Assembly (NCBI GenBank): GCA_963752505.1
Contig: CAVVYM010000004.1
Coordinates: forward strand, 177,278 to 241,277
Source of the DNA: an uncultured Actinomycetes bacterium
GTDB taxonomy: Bacteria; Actinomycetota; Actinomycetes; S36-B12; UBA10799
Length of the DNA: 64,000 nt
Reading direction: 5' to 3'
The translations under genes and the position numbers were made by a program. The notes under the pieces were generated by a model. That model did not search any database, had not been told where the DNA came from, and worked only from the letters and a program-made list of their open reading frames with translations. Every line of letters starts with the position of its first letter. Within the stretch, counting starts at the first letter, position 1. Shown piece after piece: positions 26,231 through 34,480 of the stretch.

Positions 26231-27109
26231 ATCCCCGGTGCTGATGGATCCGGGTGTTGGGGTTCGGGCGGGCTCTGGTTTGGGGGCCCGATGCAGTGGC
26301 GCCACAGCATCGATGAGGACCCCGGCCTTGGTGTTACGGGTCGCGCGTAACACCACCCGACCAGCCTTGTTCCGGATCGCCCGAGCCGGCACCACCGCGA
26401 TCCGGTACCCCTTCTTCCCCTTCGTGACAAACCGGCCGACCGTACGCCCGCGCGCACTCACCGACACCGGTCCAGCCGCCGGCAGCCGCCGATACCGCAC
26501 CGCGATCCGATCAGCACGAACCCCGGAGCGGGCCAACCGGGCACCACGAGCCGCAGCTGTCGTGCGAGTCAAGGTCTTCTGGTGGGCACCCTGGTGCCGC
26601 ACGCTGCGCCACCGATCACGACCCAACCGCTGCAGCGCCCGGTCATCCCACGCACCCGCCGCGCACGCCACCGCCGGCGGCGACCACTGGCCAGTCATAT
26701 CACGAGCCTGCACCTGCACGCACCGGTTGCGGCCAGGTTTGGGGACGCCCAGGTTGATCCGGCCCTGACCGGCCGGCAGCAGACGGGGGTCGCCCCAACC
26801 CTTGCCCTGACCGCGGGTGTCCAGTTTCGCGGTACGCACCACCAAGCCCGCCACCTCAGCCGACCCGGTCGTGCGGATCCTCACCGTCATATACCGGCCA
26901 GTCGCGATCGGCGCGGTGGATAGCCGCACCCGCACCACCGACCCAGCCACCGGCAACACCGAAGCAGCATCAGACGCTGTTCCTGCAACAGCCGGCTCGG
27001 CGCGGTGCCCCACCGTGCCCGCCCCAGCCGCCGGAGCCGCCAACGACCCCACCACCACCGTTACAGCCGACAACCCCGACAACACCCGCGCCCAACGCAT
27101 CGCGCTCAC
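25373..27109 (-). CDS. secreted RCC1-repeat (beta-propeller) protein
   Basis: Signal peptide MSAMRWARVLSGLSAVTVVVGSLAAPAAGA. An Arg-rich N-terminal region of about 280 aa is followed by six 51-54-aa RCC1-like units (HTCA[VL]D..GQAWCWG....GRLGDGDTS.H.TGTPTRVVGNHTFTTI). The last unit continues in another frame down to 25276 (see findings). Confidence 0.75.
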   Translation of the reverse strand: MSAMRWARVLSGLSAVTVVVGSLAAPAAGAGTVGHRAEPAVAGTASDAASVLPVAGSVVRVRLSTAPIATGRYMTVRIRTTGSAEVAGLVVRTAKLDTRGQGKGWGDPRLLPAGQGRINLGVPKPGRNRCVQVQARDMTGQWSPPAVACAAGAWDDRALQRLGRDRWRSVRHQGAHQKTLTRTTAAARGARLARSGVRADRIAVRYRRLPAAGPVSVSARGRTVGRFVTKGKKGYRIAVVPARAIRNKAGRVVLRATRNTKAGVLIDAVAPLHRAPKPEPARTPTPGSISTGDEYTCAVDTAGQAWCWGLGHKGRLGDGDTSPHRTGTPTRVVGNHTFTTINAGAEHTCALDTTGQAWCWGKDDGSSGRLGDGDTSYHFTGTPTRVIGNHTFTTINAAGGHTCAVDAGGQAWCWGYGYRGVLGDGDTSPHSTGTPTRVVGDHTFTTISGNRHTCALDTGGQAWCWGGGSRGRLGDGDTSYHSTGTPTRVVGNHTFTTINAGAGHTCAVDAGGQAWCWGDGSRGRLGDGDTSYHFTGTPTRVVGDHTFTTIAARSGGACALDTGGQAWCWGTGRSRQAR

Positions 27110-27502
27110 CCCGCTCGAGTAGCCCCTTCGAACCTACGTGCCCATCAACCAATCGGTTAGGGACCAAAGTCCCTAGCCCGCAGCCACCAACGCGGGCTAT
27201 CGACCATCAGCAACTCCGGGTTCGCTTGACATCGCAATCCCTCGGGAACAAGTTGACGCTGGACAATGTCTCTCCACCCGCACCGGTTCCTGGGCTCCAG
27301 CCCATTCCGGTGCAGAATCCCCCTCGGCGCACCGGAACCGCCCGCCCGTTGGCGAAGGTTCCAGCTGCCATCGGCAGGCGCTCGGGACACCAGCACCACG
27401 GGACGCCGAGCCCCTCAGCCAGGGCCGGACGTTGGTGACGGCGCCCGAGGCGGGGCCATGGCAGGCCGATCGCTGCTGGTCGTGTCGCCGGAGGCCTCGC
27501 CA

Positions 27503-27528
27503 CCAATCCTCGCCATGGCGAGGATTGG
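27503..27528. promoter_or_regulatory. 26-bp perfect palindrome upstream of the TetR gene (candidate operator)
   Basis: CCAATCCTCGCC-AT-GGCGAGGATTGG. It lies 28 nt upstream of the ATG at 27556 and 100 nt upstream of the GTG at 27628. Confidence 0.5.
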
Positions 27529-27627
27529 CCTGCCACACCGGCTGGTAGAGCATCGATGGGACCGCGAGGCGGGTGGACGGACGTGGGGAAAGAGTTGCGA
27601 TTGGCTGATCTCTGCGACACTTGGAGT

Positions 27628-28215
27628 GTGAGGACTCAAGGGAGAGGTGCCCAGACCAAAGCACGCGTTCTGGCTGCGGCGCTGCCTCTCTTCGCCGAGG
27701 CCGGTGATCAGGCGCGTATTGACGATCTCAGCACGGCCAGTGGGGTGAGCGTCGGAAGCATCTACCACCACTTCGGCAGTCGCGAAGGTGTGGTCAACGC
27801 CGTCTACGCCGAGCAGTTGTCGGCCTTGGTGCAGGCGTTGGCGGAGGCGACAACTGCGATGGACGACCTCAAGGATGGTGTCCGGGTGTTCGTCGACACC
27901 TACATCGGGTGGATCACTGAGCACCCAGAGGCTGCGACCTTCATCTACGGAATCGGTCACTTTCCGAAGTACGAGGACACGGCCTCGGTGGCTGCGGTCA
28001 GCAAATCCGATGCCATCACCTCGTTGACCCGCTGGTTCGATGCCTTCGCCCAGGCTGGCGAGGTCGGGGTCACAGATCCCATCATCGTGGAACTGGTTCT
28101 GCTCGGTCCGGTCCGGGAGTACTGCCAGCGGTTCCTGGCCGGCACGGTCTCGGAGCCGCCGGACGTGGTGGGGCCGCAGTTGGCGGAGGCTGCCTGGCGT
28201 GCGCTGCGCGCCTGA
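27628..28215 (+). CDS. TetR/AcrR family transcriptional regulator
   Basis: HTH region TKARVLAAALPLFAEAGDQARIDDLSTASGVSVGSIYHHFGSREGV. The start is either GTG 27628 or ATG 27556. Confidence 0.8.
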   Translation: MRTQGRGAQTKARVLAAALPLFAEAGDQARIDDLSTASGVSVGSIYHHFGSREGVVNAVYAEQLSALVQALAEATTAMDDLKDGVRVFVDTYIGWITEHPEAATFIYGIGHFPKYEDTASVAAVSKSDAITSLTRWFDAFAQAGEVGVTDPIIVELVLLGPVREYCQRFLAGTVSEPPDVVGPQLAEAAWRALRA

Positions 28216-28276
28216 GCCAACATGTTCGGCACCGGGCGTTTGGCCCACCGGCCGCGTCTCTGGTCCGCTCAAAGGC

Positions 28277-30133
28277 TCACGAGTACATCTGTTCGACCAA
28301 GGGCGCGAATTCCTCGGCCACGGCCTTTCGCTTGACCTTCAGGCTGGGCGTGAGGTCACCGTCCTCCACGGTCAGGGGGCGAGGCAGGATCCTGAACTGC
28401 TTGATGGTTTCCCATCGGTTGAGTTGCGCATTGAGGGTCTCGATTGCCTGCGTGACTTCCTCGCAGAGGATGGGGTTCTGCGAAATCTCAGCGAAGCCCG
28501 TTGTGGCCAGGTCGTTGTCGGAAGCGAACGCAGCCACGGCGTCCTCGTTCAGCGCCACCAGAGCTGTGGCGTACTTGCGCCCGTCGGCGACGACGATGAA
28601 TTCAGCGGCCAACGGACACAGTCCCTTGAATCGGGCGGCGATGGCGCTGGGCGCGATGTATTTGCCGCCTGAGGTCTTGACCAGATCCTTCTTGCGGTCT
28701 GTGATCCGCAGCCGCCCCTCGTTGTCGAATTCGCCGATGTCTCCGGTGGCGAACCACCCCTCGCGGACCCCGAAGACTTCCTTCGTCGCTTCGGGTCGGT
28801 GCCGATAGCCGCGCATGACTCCCGGTCCTTTGATCAGGATTTCGCCGTCGTCGGCCAGTGCGACCTGGGTTCCGGGCAAGGGGTAGCCGACGGTCCCGGC
28901 CTGCAGCGAATCGGTTCGGCCCACGACCGTTCCGGCGGCGGTCTCGGTCAGTCCATAGGCCTCGATCACGGTCAGCCCGGCGATGCTGAACCAGTCGACA
29001 ACGGCGCTGCTGAGCGGTGCTGAACCCGAGACCATGTAGCGCAGGTGCCCCCCGAGCGTGTCACGAATCTTGGTGAATACGAGGCGGTCGGCGATCTGCA
29101 GCTGCAGTTCGAGGAGCAGACCGAGTGGCTTGCCGTCTGATCGGCGTTGGTGTGCTTCGCGCCCGACGCCGAAGGCCCATGTGAAGAGCCGGAACGCCAG
29201 ACCGCCCTTCTGCGTGGCCTTCTGCTCAACCGCGCTGTGAACCTTCTCCAGGATTCTGGGAGCTGCCGCCATATACGTCGGCTTGATGGATTGCAGATTC
29301 TCCAGCACCCGATCGAGTCGACCATCGACGGCTGTCACACCGCCGACGGCGAGGTGGATCGCAATCAGGACCTTGCCCATTGAGTGCGACAGCGGCAGCC
29401 AGAGGTATTGCACATCCGCGTGCGTGATGATGTCGAGTTCGGCCATAGCCGCGCCTTCGTAGACCCAGTTGCCGTGCGTCAGCTCCACCCCCTTGGGCTT
29501 CCCGGTCGTTCCGGAGGTGTAGATGAGCGTGGCCAATCGGTCCGGACCGATCTCGGCCGACGTCTTTTCGACGAGGTCAGGCTGATGCATCAGCACCTCG
29601 CGGCCACGAGCGCGGAGGTCGGACCAACGCAGCGAACCGGAGCCGCGGGGAGTGTCGTCGATGAGGATCACCCGCTTCAGGTCCGGCAGGTCCTGCAGGG
29701 ATGCCTGGAGTCGCTCGAGTTGAACCTCGTCCTCGGCGATCAGGACGCTCGACCCCGAGTCCTCGAGGATGTGCGCCACGTCATCCGGATTGGTTGAGGG
29801 ATAGATGGCGGTCGTGGCGCCACCGGCAAGCATGACTGCGTAGTCGGCCAGGATCCACTCGATCCTGGTCGAGCAGATGAGGGCCACCCGGTCCTCGGGG
29901 TTCAGGCCGAGGTCGATGAGTCCGGCCGCCAGTTCTTGGGCGTGTGCCACCGCATCGTGCCAAGTCATCTTCTGCCAACCGCCCGCTCCGGGGATCAGGA
30001 AGGCCGGCTCGGGGCCGCTGGATGCGGCCCGGGACAGAATCATTTCGGCCAAGGATCCGGGACGATTGGGGGGCTGAGGCTGTGGAGCCGACCCGGCTGT
30101 GTCGGCTGCTGTGGTCGCTGATGCCGGATTCAT
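28277..30133 (-). CDS. long-chain-fatty-acid--CoA ligase (AMP-dependent synthetase)
   Basis: AMP-binding motifs LIYTSGTTGKPKGVELTH, GYGLTET, TGDIG and DRKKDLVKTSGGKYIAP. The internal ATG 30133 gives MNPASATTAADT. Confidence 0.85.
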   Translation of the reverse strand: MNPASATTAADTAGSAPQPQPPNRPGSLAEMILSRAASSGPEPAFLIPGAGGWQKMTWHDAVAHAQELAAGLIDLGLNPEDRVALICSTRIEWILADYAVMLAGGATTAIYPSTNPDDVAHILEDSGSSVLIAEDEVQLERLQASLQDLPDLKRVILIDDTPRGSGSLRWSDLRARGREVLMHQPDLVEKTSAEIGPDRLATLIYTSGTTGKPKGVELTHGNWVYEGAAMAELDIITHADVQYLWLPLSHSMGKVLIAIHLAVGGVTAVDGRLDRVLENLQSIKPTYMAAAPRILEKVHSAVEQKATQKGGLAFRLFTWAFGVGREAHQRRSDGKPLGLLLELQLQIADRLVFTKIRDTLGGHLRYMVSGSAPLSSAVVDWFSIAGLTVIEAYGLTETAAGTVVGRTDSLQAGTVGYPLPGTQVALADDGEILIKGPGVMRGYRHRPEATKEVFGVREGWFATGDIGEFDNEGRLRITDRKKDLVKTSGGKYIAPSAIAARFKGLCPLAAEFIVVADGRKYATALVALNEDAVAAFASDNDLATTGFAEISQNPILCEEVTQAIETLNAQLNRWETIKQFRILPRPLTVEDGDLTPSLKVKRKAVAEEFAPLVEQMYS

Positions 30134-30203
30134 GGTGGCCCTTCGTCGCGGTGGGTCTCGGAGTTGGCGGTTCGTGCAACGTCGAAGCCAACTACATCGA
30201 ATC

Positions 30204-30230
30204 ATGTTCTAGAGGAGCCTACTAGAACAT
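30204..30230. promoter_or_regulatory. inverted repeat ATGTTCTAG-N9-CTAGAACAT upstream of the acyl-CoA ligase gene
   Basis: Perfect 9-bp arms at 30204-30212 and 30222-30230 in a locally AT-richer patch, 71-97 nt upstream of the start at 30133. Confidence 0.45.
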
Positions 30231-30534
30231 TCCTCGATTGCAAGTGGTCCCACGCGTTCGCCGGACGGCTGCGGCGGAACCAGCCTCAGCAAACTCATCG
30301 AGCTGCACCGAGAGGCGATCGAGGCGCAGCGCGCTGCGGAGCGCTATCGGGGAGGCTTCTGTGGAACGCCACTCGTCATGGCCGAACTCGAGCGCGAGCT
30401 AGTCGAGCCCGCGGTCGAGGATCGGAAGTCGCGGCTGAGAGAGCTGCTGGGGTTCTTGGGGCTCGACGAAGTCGCCCTGGAGTTGGCCGTCGAAACGATC
30501 CTGCACTGGGAACTCACAGACGCTTCTATGTTTG

Positions 30535-31086
30535 TCAAGGCATGCTGCTGGCCTCCATCACACGGAACAGTTCGCGGGCGACGTAGCGCTTCAGGCAGCG
30601 GCAGATGTCGGTGTCGGACATGCCCTCGGCCCGCCGCCGGGCCACGTAGGCCTGGGTTCGGGGGCAGACCCGCCAACGGGTCAGGGCGATGTCGTGCAGG
30701 GCCCGGTTGAGGGCACGGTCGCCGCCGCGGTTGAGTCGGTAGCGGGTTGTCTGCCCGCTGCTGGCCGGGATGGGGCAGGCCCCCGAGAGGCTGGCGAACG
30801 CGGCCTCGCTGCGACACCGTCCTGGATGCGACCACGAGACGAGCGCCTGGGCCGAAGAGGCCGAGCCGACCCCGGTCAGTTCCAGCAGTTCAGGGGCGGC
30901 CTCGGCCACCAGGCCCTGCAGGGCGCGCTTGTTCTCGGCCAGGTCGGTGTTCGCCCGGCGGATGGCCTGGGCCAGCCTCTTCATCTCGGCGCGGGCCACG
31001 ACCCGTTGCACGTCCGGATCTGCGCACGTGCCCCGCCTGCGCGCGATCCCGGTCAGCACCCGGTCGTTGAGGGCCGCCCGGGACAC
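30535..31086 (-). pseudogene. IS110 family transposase, C-terminal fragment only
   Basis: LLELTGVGSASSAQALVSW....RSEAAFASLSGACPIPASSGQTTRYRLNRGGDRALNRALHDIALTRWR..PRTQAYVARRRAEGMSDTDICRCLKRYVAREL is the Transposase_20-type C-terminal domain. The N-terminal DEDD catalytic domain is absent, and the frame hits a stop near 31141 where the next element begins. Confidence 0.75.
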
Positions 31087-31139
31087 GGCCCGATCGGCGT
31101 CGTCCCCGGTCAGCAGCAGAGACCGACACCAGCCGAAAT

Positions 31140-33022
31140 TACGGCCGTCGACCTACCGGCGCGCCCTCAAGCTGATCAGAAAGTCGCAGGTCGCCCCGGA
31201 CATCGAGGCAAGGGTCCGTCACACCGTAGATGAACACGGTCAACCCCTGGCGCTGGGTGGACGCCCGCGGCATCTGCACGTTGAGATGCTGCTCGCCGCG
31301 ATTGTCGCCACAGCGCTGGCAGGCCAACCGCTGCACCTGCGCAATGTGCACCACCTGGTCACCGTGGCAATGAAGAAGTCCGCCAGAGCGCAGTACGGCT
31401 TCCGCTGGACTGAGACAACCGGCGGTGTCCGAGTCCGGCGCACGGTCTCCTACCGCCAGTTCACCTACCTGTTCCAGCGCCTGGAGGACGTGTTGGGCGC
31501 CCTCCAGGGAGGCACTCCGCCCGACCAGCGTGACTACCCGGCGGGAGACCTTCCCGACCTAGCTAGCGCGCTGAGCATCGTGCAGGAGGCTGGTCCGTTC
31601 AAGCCTGGCGAGGCAACAGAGGTTCGGCTTGCGCGGGCGACCATCGACACCGAGAACCAGGTTCGGGTGAAACTCCTGCAAGGGGTCAGCGACGCCATCC
31701 TGGAGGCGACGCTGCCCGCCCGGCTGCTGACCGGCGCCGCGTACGCGGTCGACGAATCCGCAGTGCGCGCATGGGCGAAACCGCGTCAGGATCGAGCATC
31801 GGCCGACCTCGACGCTCGATGGGGCTACAAGACAGCGACCTTCGGCGACCCTGCCGACAAGTTCTTCGGCTACTCCCTGACCGCCCTGGCACCCGTGCGA
31901 GCCCTCGACCAGCCCGAGAGTCGCATGCCGGCGGTGGCAGCCCGCCTCGCGCTCCGCCCAGCCGCCAACGACAACATCGAACCCGCCCTGACCGGCATCC
32001 AGTCACTCCAGGCCCACGGCCACCAGGTCAAAGAACTCATCGCCGACCGTGGATATACCTACAAGAAGGCCCAGAAGTGGCAGACACCGCTGCGCGAACT
32101 CGGCATCGCGCCGGTGCTGGACCTGCACCCCCACGACCGCGGCGCCCACTACGACAAGGAAACCGGGGCGGTCTGGATAGACGGGTGGCCCTACTGCGCC
32201 GAAACCCCCGAACGCCTCAAAAAGATTCCCAGGCCGCCGTCGTTCAGCGCCGGCAAACCGCGACCCACCACCAACACCCCTGCAACTCACCCGAGCCACA
32301 CCACGACCGCGACGAACACCCGCGCCCTGGCAAGCGCCGCCAAGCAGGAGCGCAATCACGCCCGCAACACCGAAGTCGCCCAAGCACTCGAGAAGTTCCA
32401 CCAACTAATCGCCGAACGCGGCCAGTACGCACTGCGCAGAGTCGCCGGCCCCGATGCCACCGGCAAAGAGCGGTTCGAAGACCCCGCACACGCCGGCCAA
32501 CTCACCTGCGCCAACTGCCCCATCTCCGTGCACTTCGTCGATGTCCCCGTCATCGACAGCGCACCCGACAAGAACGACCCCGCCAGCCCCCTGATCTGTC
32601 GCCAACGCACCATCACCGCCCCCGGCCACATCCAAGCCAAACTCCGCCAAGAACACCGGTGGGGCACCCCGGACTGGATCAACTCCTACAGCCGCCGAAA
32701 CGTCGTCGAAGGCCTGTTCGGCACACTCAAATCCCCCGACGGCACCCAGATCAGGCGGGGCTGGAGCAAACTCACCGGCCTGGTCAAACACACCATCCTG
32801 CTCACCTGCGTCACCGCAGCCATGAACATGCACGCCGTGGCCGACTGGCTCACGACCAACTACCCCGCCGACCCGCACTGGCTCAACCACCTCGACGACC
32901 ACCAAGCAACCAGCGCAACGCTCGACCACCAGCCCCACACCCGGTCCGGCTCCGGAACTGACCAGGCACCCGCCAACGGCCCACCACCACCGGCCGCCAC
33001 CAGCCCCGCCAGCGCCAACTAG
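31140..33022 (+). mobile_element. IS4-superfamily DDE transposase gene (start codon unresolved)
   Basis: Candidate DDE residues lie in YAVDESAVRAW, LIADRGYTY and SYSRRNVVEGLFGTLK. The last matches the Y-x2-R-x3-E-x6-K signature of IS4-type transposases. The annotated 750-aa ORF (30770-33022) is antisense to the IS110 fragment for its first 120 or so codons, so the real start is probably near 31140-31260. No terminal inverted repeats found by eye. Confidence 0.55.
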
Positions 33023-33208
33023 CGCCGCGGGGCCTATCGGCCTGCCCAAAAACACCCCGAAACCCGCACAACACGGCCGCAAACCCCACACCAGAGCCAT
33101 CTGAAGCCCCCCACACCCAGCGGTAGCAGCCAACCCCTCACTCAGAACGACACAAGGCCCCGCAAACCACCCTCAGCGCACCACAAACACCCCGCACACA
33201 CGGCAAAG

Positions 33209-33248
33209 CCCCCTGCCCGCAGAGGTTCTGTAAACAGGGGGCAGGGGG
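33209..33248 (-). terminator. hairpin immediately 3' of tRNA-Ser(CGA)
   Basis: CCCCCTGCCC (33209-33218) pairs with GGGCAGGGGG (33239-33248) around a 20-nt loop. On the minus strand it is followed by CTTTG. Confidence 0.45.
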
Positions 33249-33254
33249 TTACGT

Positions 33255-33344
33255 GAGGACCCCCTGGCGGTGGCGGTGGGATTCGAACCCACGGTGGAGT
33301 TGCCCCCACACACGCTTTCGAGGCGTGCTCCTTTGGCCGCTCGG
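33255..33344 (-). tRNA. tRNA-Ser (anticodon CGA)
   Basis: The reverse complement GGTGGCGTGTCCGAGCGGCCAAAGGAGCACGCCTCGAAAGCGTGTGTGGGGGCAACTCCACCGTGGGTTCGAATCCCACCGCCACCGCCA folds as a class II tRNA. It has a 7-bp acceptor stem, anticodon loop CT-CGA-AA, a long variable arm, a GTTCGAATC T-loop and an encoded CCA. Confidence 0.9.
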
Positions 33345-33450
33345 ACACGCCACCGCGCACAAGAGTACTGGTGGCTTCCGTGGAGCATGCAACAGGCCCG
33401 TGCCACGGAACGCGTCGAGCGTCCGTGCAACGGGCCAGTTGCGGAGGGAA

Positions 33451-34128
33451 CTAGGCGGCAGCGGGAGTCGGCTGGGGCACGGCGTTGGGGTCGGCGGGAG
33501 CCGCCGGATCGGGCTGGGGGCAGCCGGGACCGCTCACGGTGGGGATGGGGACGGTGAGCTCGGCCTGCGCCGTGCCCGCATCGACGACTCCTTCGAAGGG
33601 GCCGACGAGGATCAACTCAAGGCCCACCACATCGGGGGACTCCTGCATCTCCACCGCCCCTGCAAGGTAGGCGTTGAGCGTCTTGGCCGCCTCCGCTGAG
33701 GTGGGGCCGTAGCGAATCACGGCGGGTGCCGTGGTGACGTCGGTGGAGCCGTTGCCCACGCTGGCGATCTGGAAGCCGGAGCCCCCCAGGACCTCGGCAG
33801 CGTTGCCGGCCGAACCCGCCGGTGCGCTCGAGTTGAGCACCGTGACCTGGATCTGATCGGGCGGCAGCGGGGTCGGCGTTACGTTCACCGTCACGCAGGC
33901 ATCCGGTTCCGCCTCGCCATCTGCAGACGTGGCCGATGAATCGGACTGGAAGAACTGGCCGATCCCGTAGCCGACGCCGAACAGCACGGCCATTCCAACC
34001 AGCGTGATCAGGATCATTTTTCCGACGGGGGTCTTCTTGACGGGGGGATTCGATCCGCCACCGCTACCGGTGCGCCGCCGCGGCGCGGCGGCTCCCGGCT
34101 GCGGTTGTGGACTCTCGTGGTCAGTCAT
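33451..34128 (-). CDS. LytR C-terminal domain-containing membrane-anchored protein
   Basis: MTDHESPQ... is followed by a single TM segment (MILITLVGMAVLFGVGYGIG). The LytR_C-like core is VTVLNSSAPAGSAGNAAEVLGGSGFQIASVGN....APAVIRYGP. Confidence 0.65.
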   Translation of the reverse strand: MTDHESPQPQPGAAAPRRRTGSGGGSNPPVKKTPVGKMILITLVGMAVLFGVGYGIGQFFQSDSSATSADGEAEPDACVTVNVTPTPLPPDQIQVTVLNSSAPAGSAGNAAEVLGGSGFQIASVGNGSTDVTTAPAVIRYGPTSAEAAKTLNAYLAGAVEMQESPDVVGLELILVGPFEGVVDAGTAQAELTVPIPTVSGPGCPQPDPAAPADPNAVPQPTPAAA

Positions 34129-34195
34129 GCCCCACACTGTACGAGCGACCCATCCGGACTCCGAGAAGGCGCTCGGGAGGTGTGTTGAGTTGTGG

Positions 34196-34283
34196 TGGCG
34201 GAGGATGCGGGATTCGAACCCGCGAGGGGTTGCCCCCAACACGCTTTCCAAGCGTGCGCCATAGGCCACTAGGCGAATCCTCC
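34196..34283 (-). tRNA. tRNA-Ser (anticodon GGA)
   Basis: The reverse complement GGAGGATTCGCCTAGTGGCCTATGGCGCACGCTTGGAAAGCGTGTTGGGGGCAACCCCTCGCGGGTTCGAATCCCGCATCCTCCGCCA has anticodon loop TT-GGA-AA and a long variable arm. Confidence 0.9.
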
Positions 34284-34320
34284 GAGGAGACCTTACGACA
34301 GTCGTGATGCCGTGGCATAT

Positions 34321-34424
34321 GCTGGGGCGCGACCCCCCGTGTGGCGACGTCCCGTAAACCCCCCCAGGGCCGGAAGGCAGCAAGGGTACCCGGGCTCCGT
34401 CGGGTGCGCGGGGGGTCACCTTTT
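34321..34424 (+). ncRNA. ffs: signal recognition particle RNA (small bacterial 4.5S type)
   Basis: The conserved domain IV core CCAGGGCCGGAAGGCAGCAAGGGTACC is flanked by pairing arms GACCCCCCG / CGGGGGGTC and CGACG / CGTCG, and ends in TTTT. It sits just upstream of dnaX, as is usual in Actinobacteria. Ends are approximate. Confidence 0.7.
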
Positions 34425-34480
34425 GCAGGCCTGTCTGTTGATTCCTCTGCCGCCTCGCAGGGCAGGGTTAGGGTGTTGTC

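Noticed and set aside
30212-30534. Open frame encoding ...SKLIELHREAIEAQRAAERYRGGFCGTPLVMAELERELVEPAVEDRKSRLRELLGFLGLDEVALELAVETILHWELTD.
   Set aside because: It has no clear start or family and continues antisense into the IS110 fragment. It may be a gene remnant or the IS110 terminal region, so it is not called as a feature.
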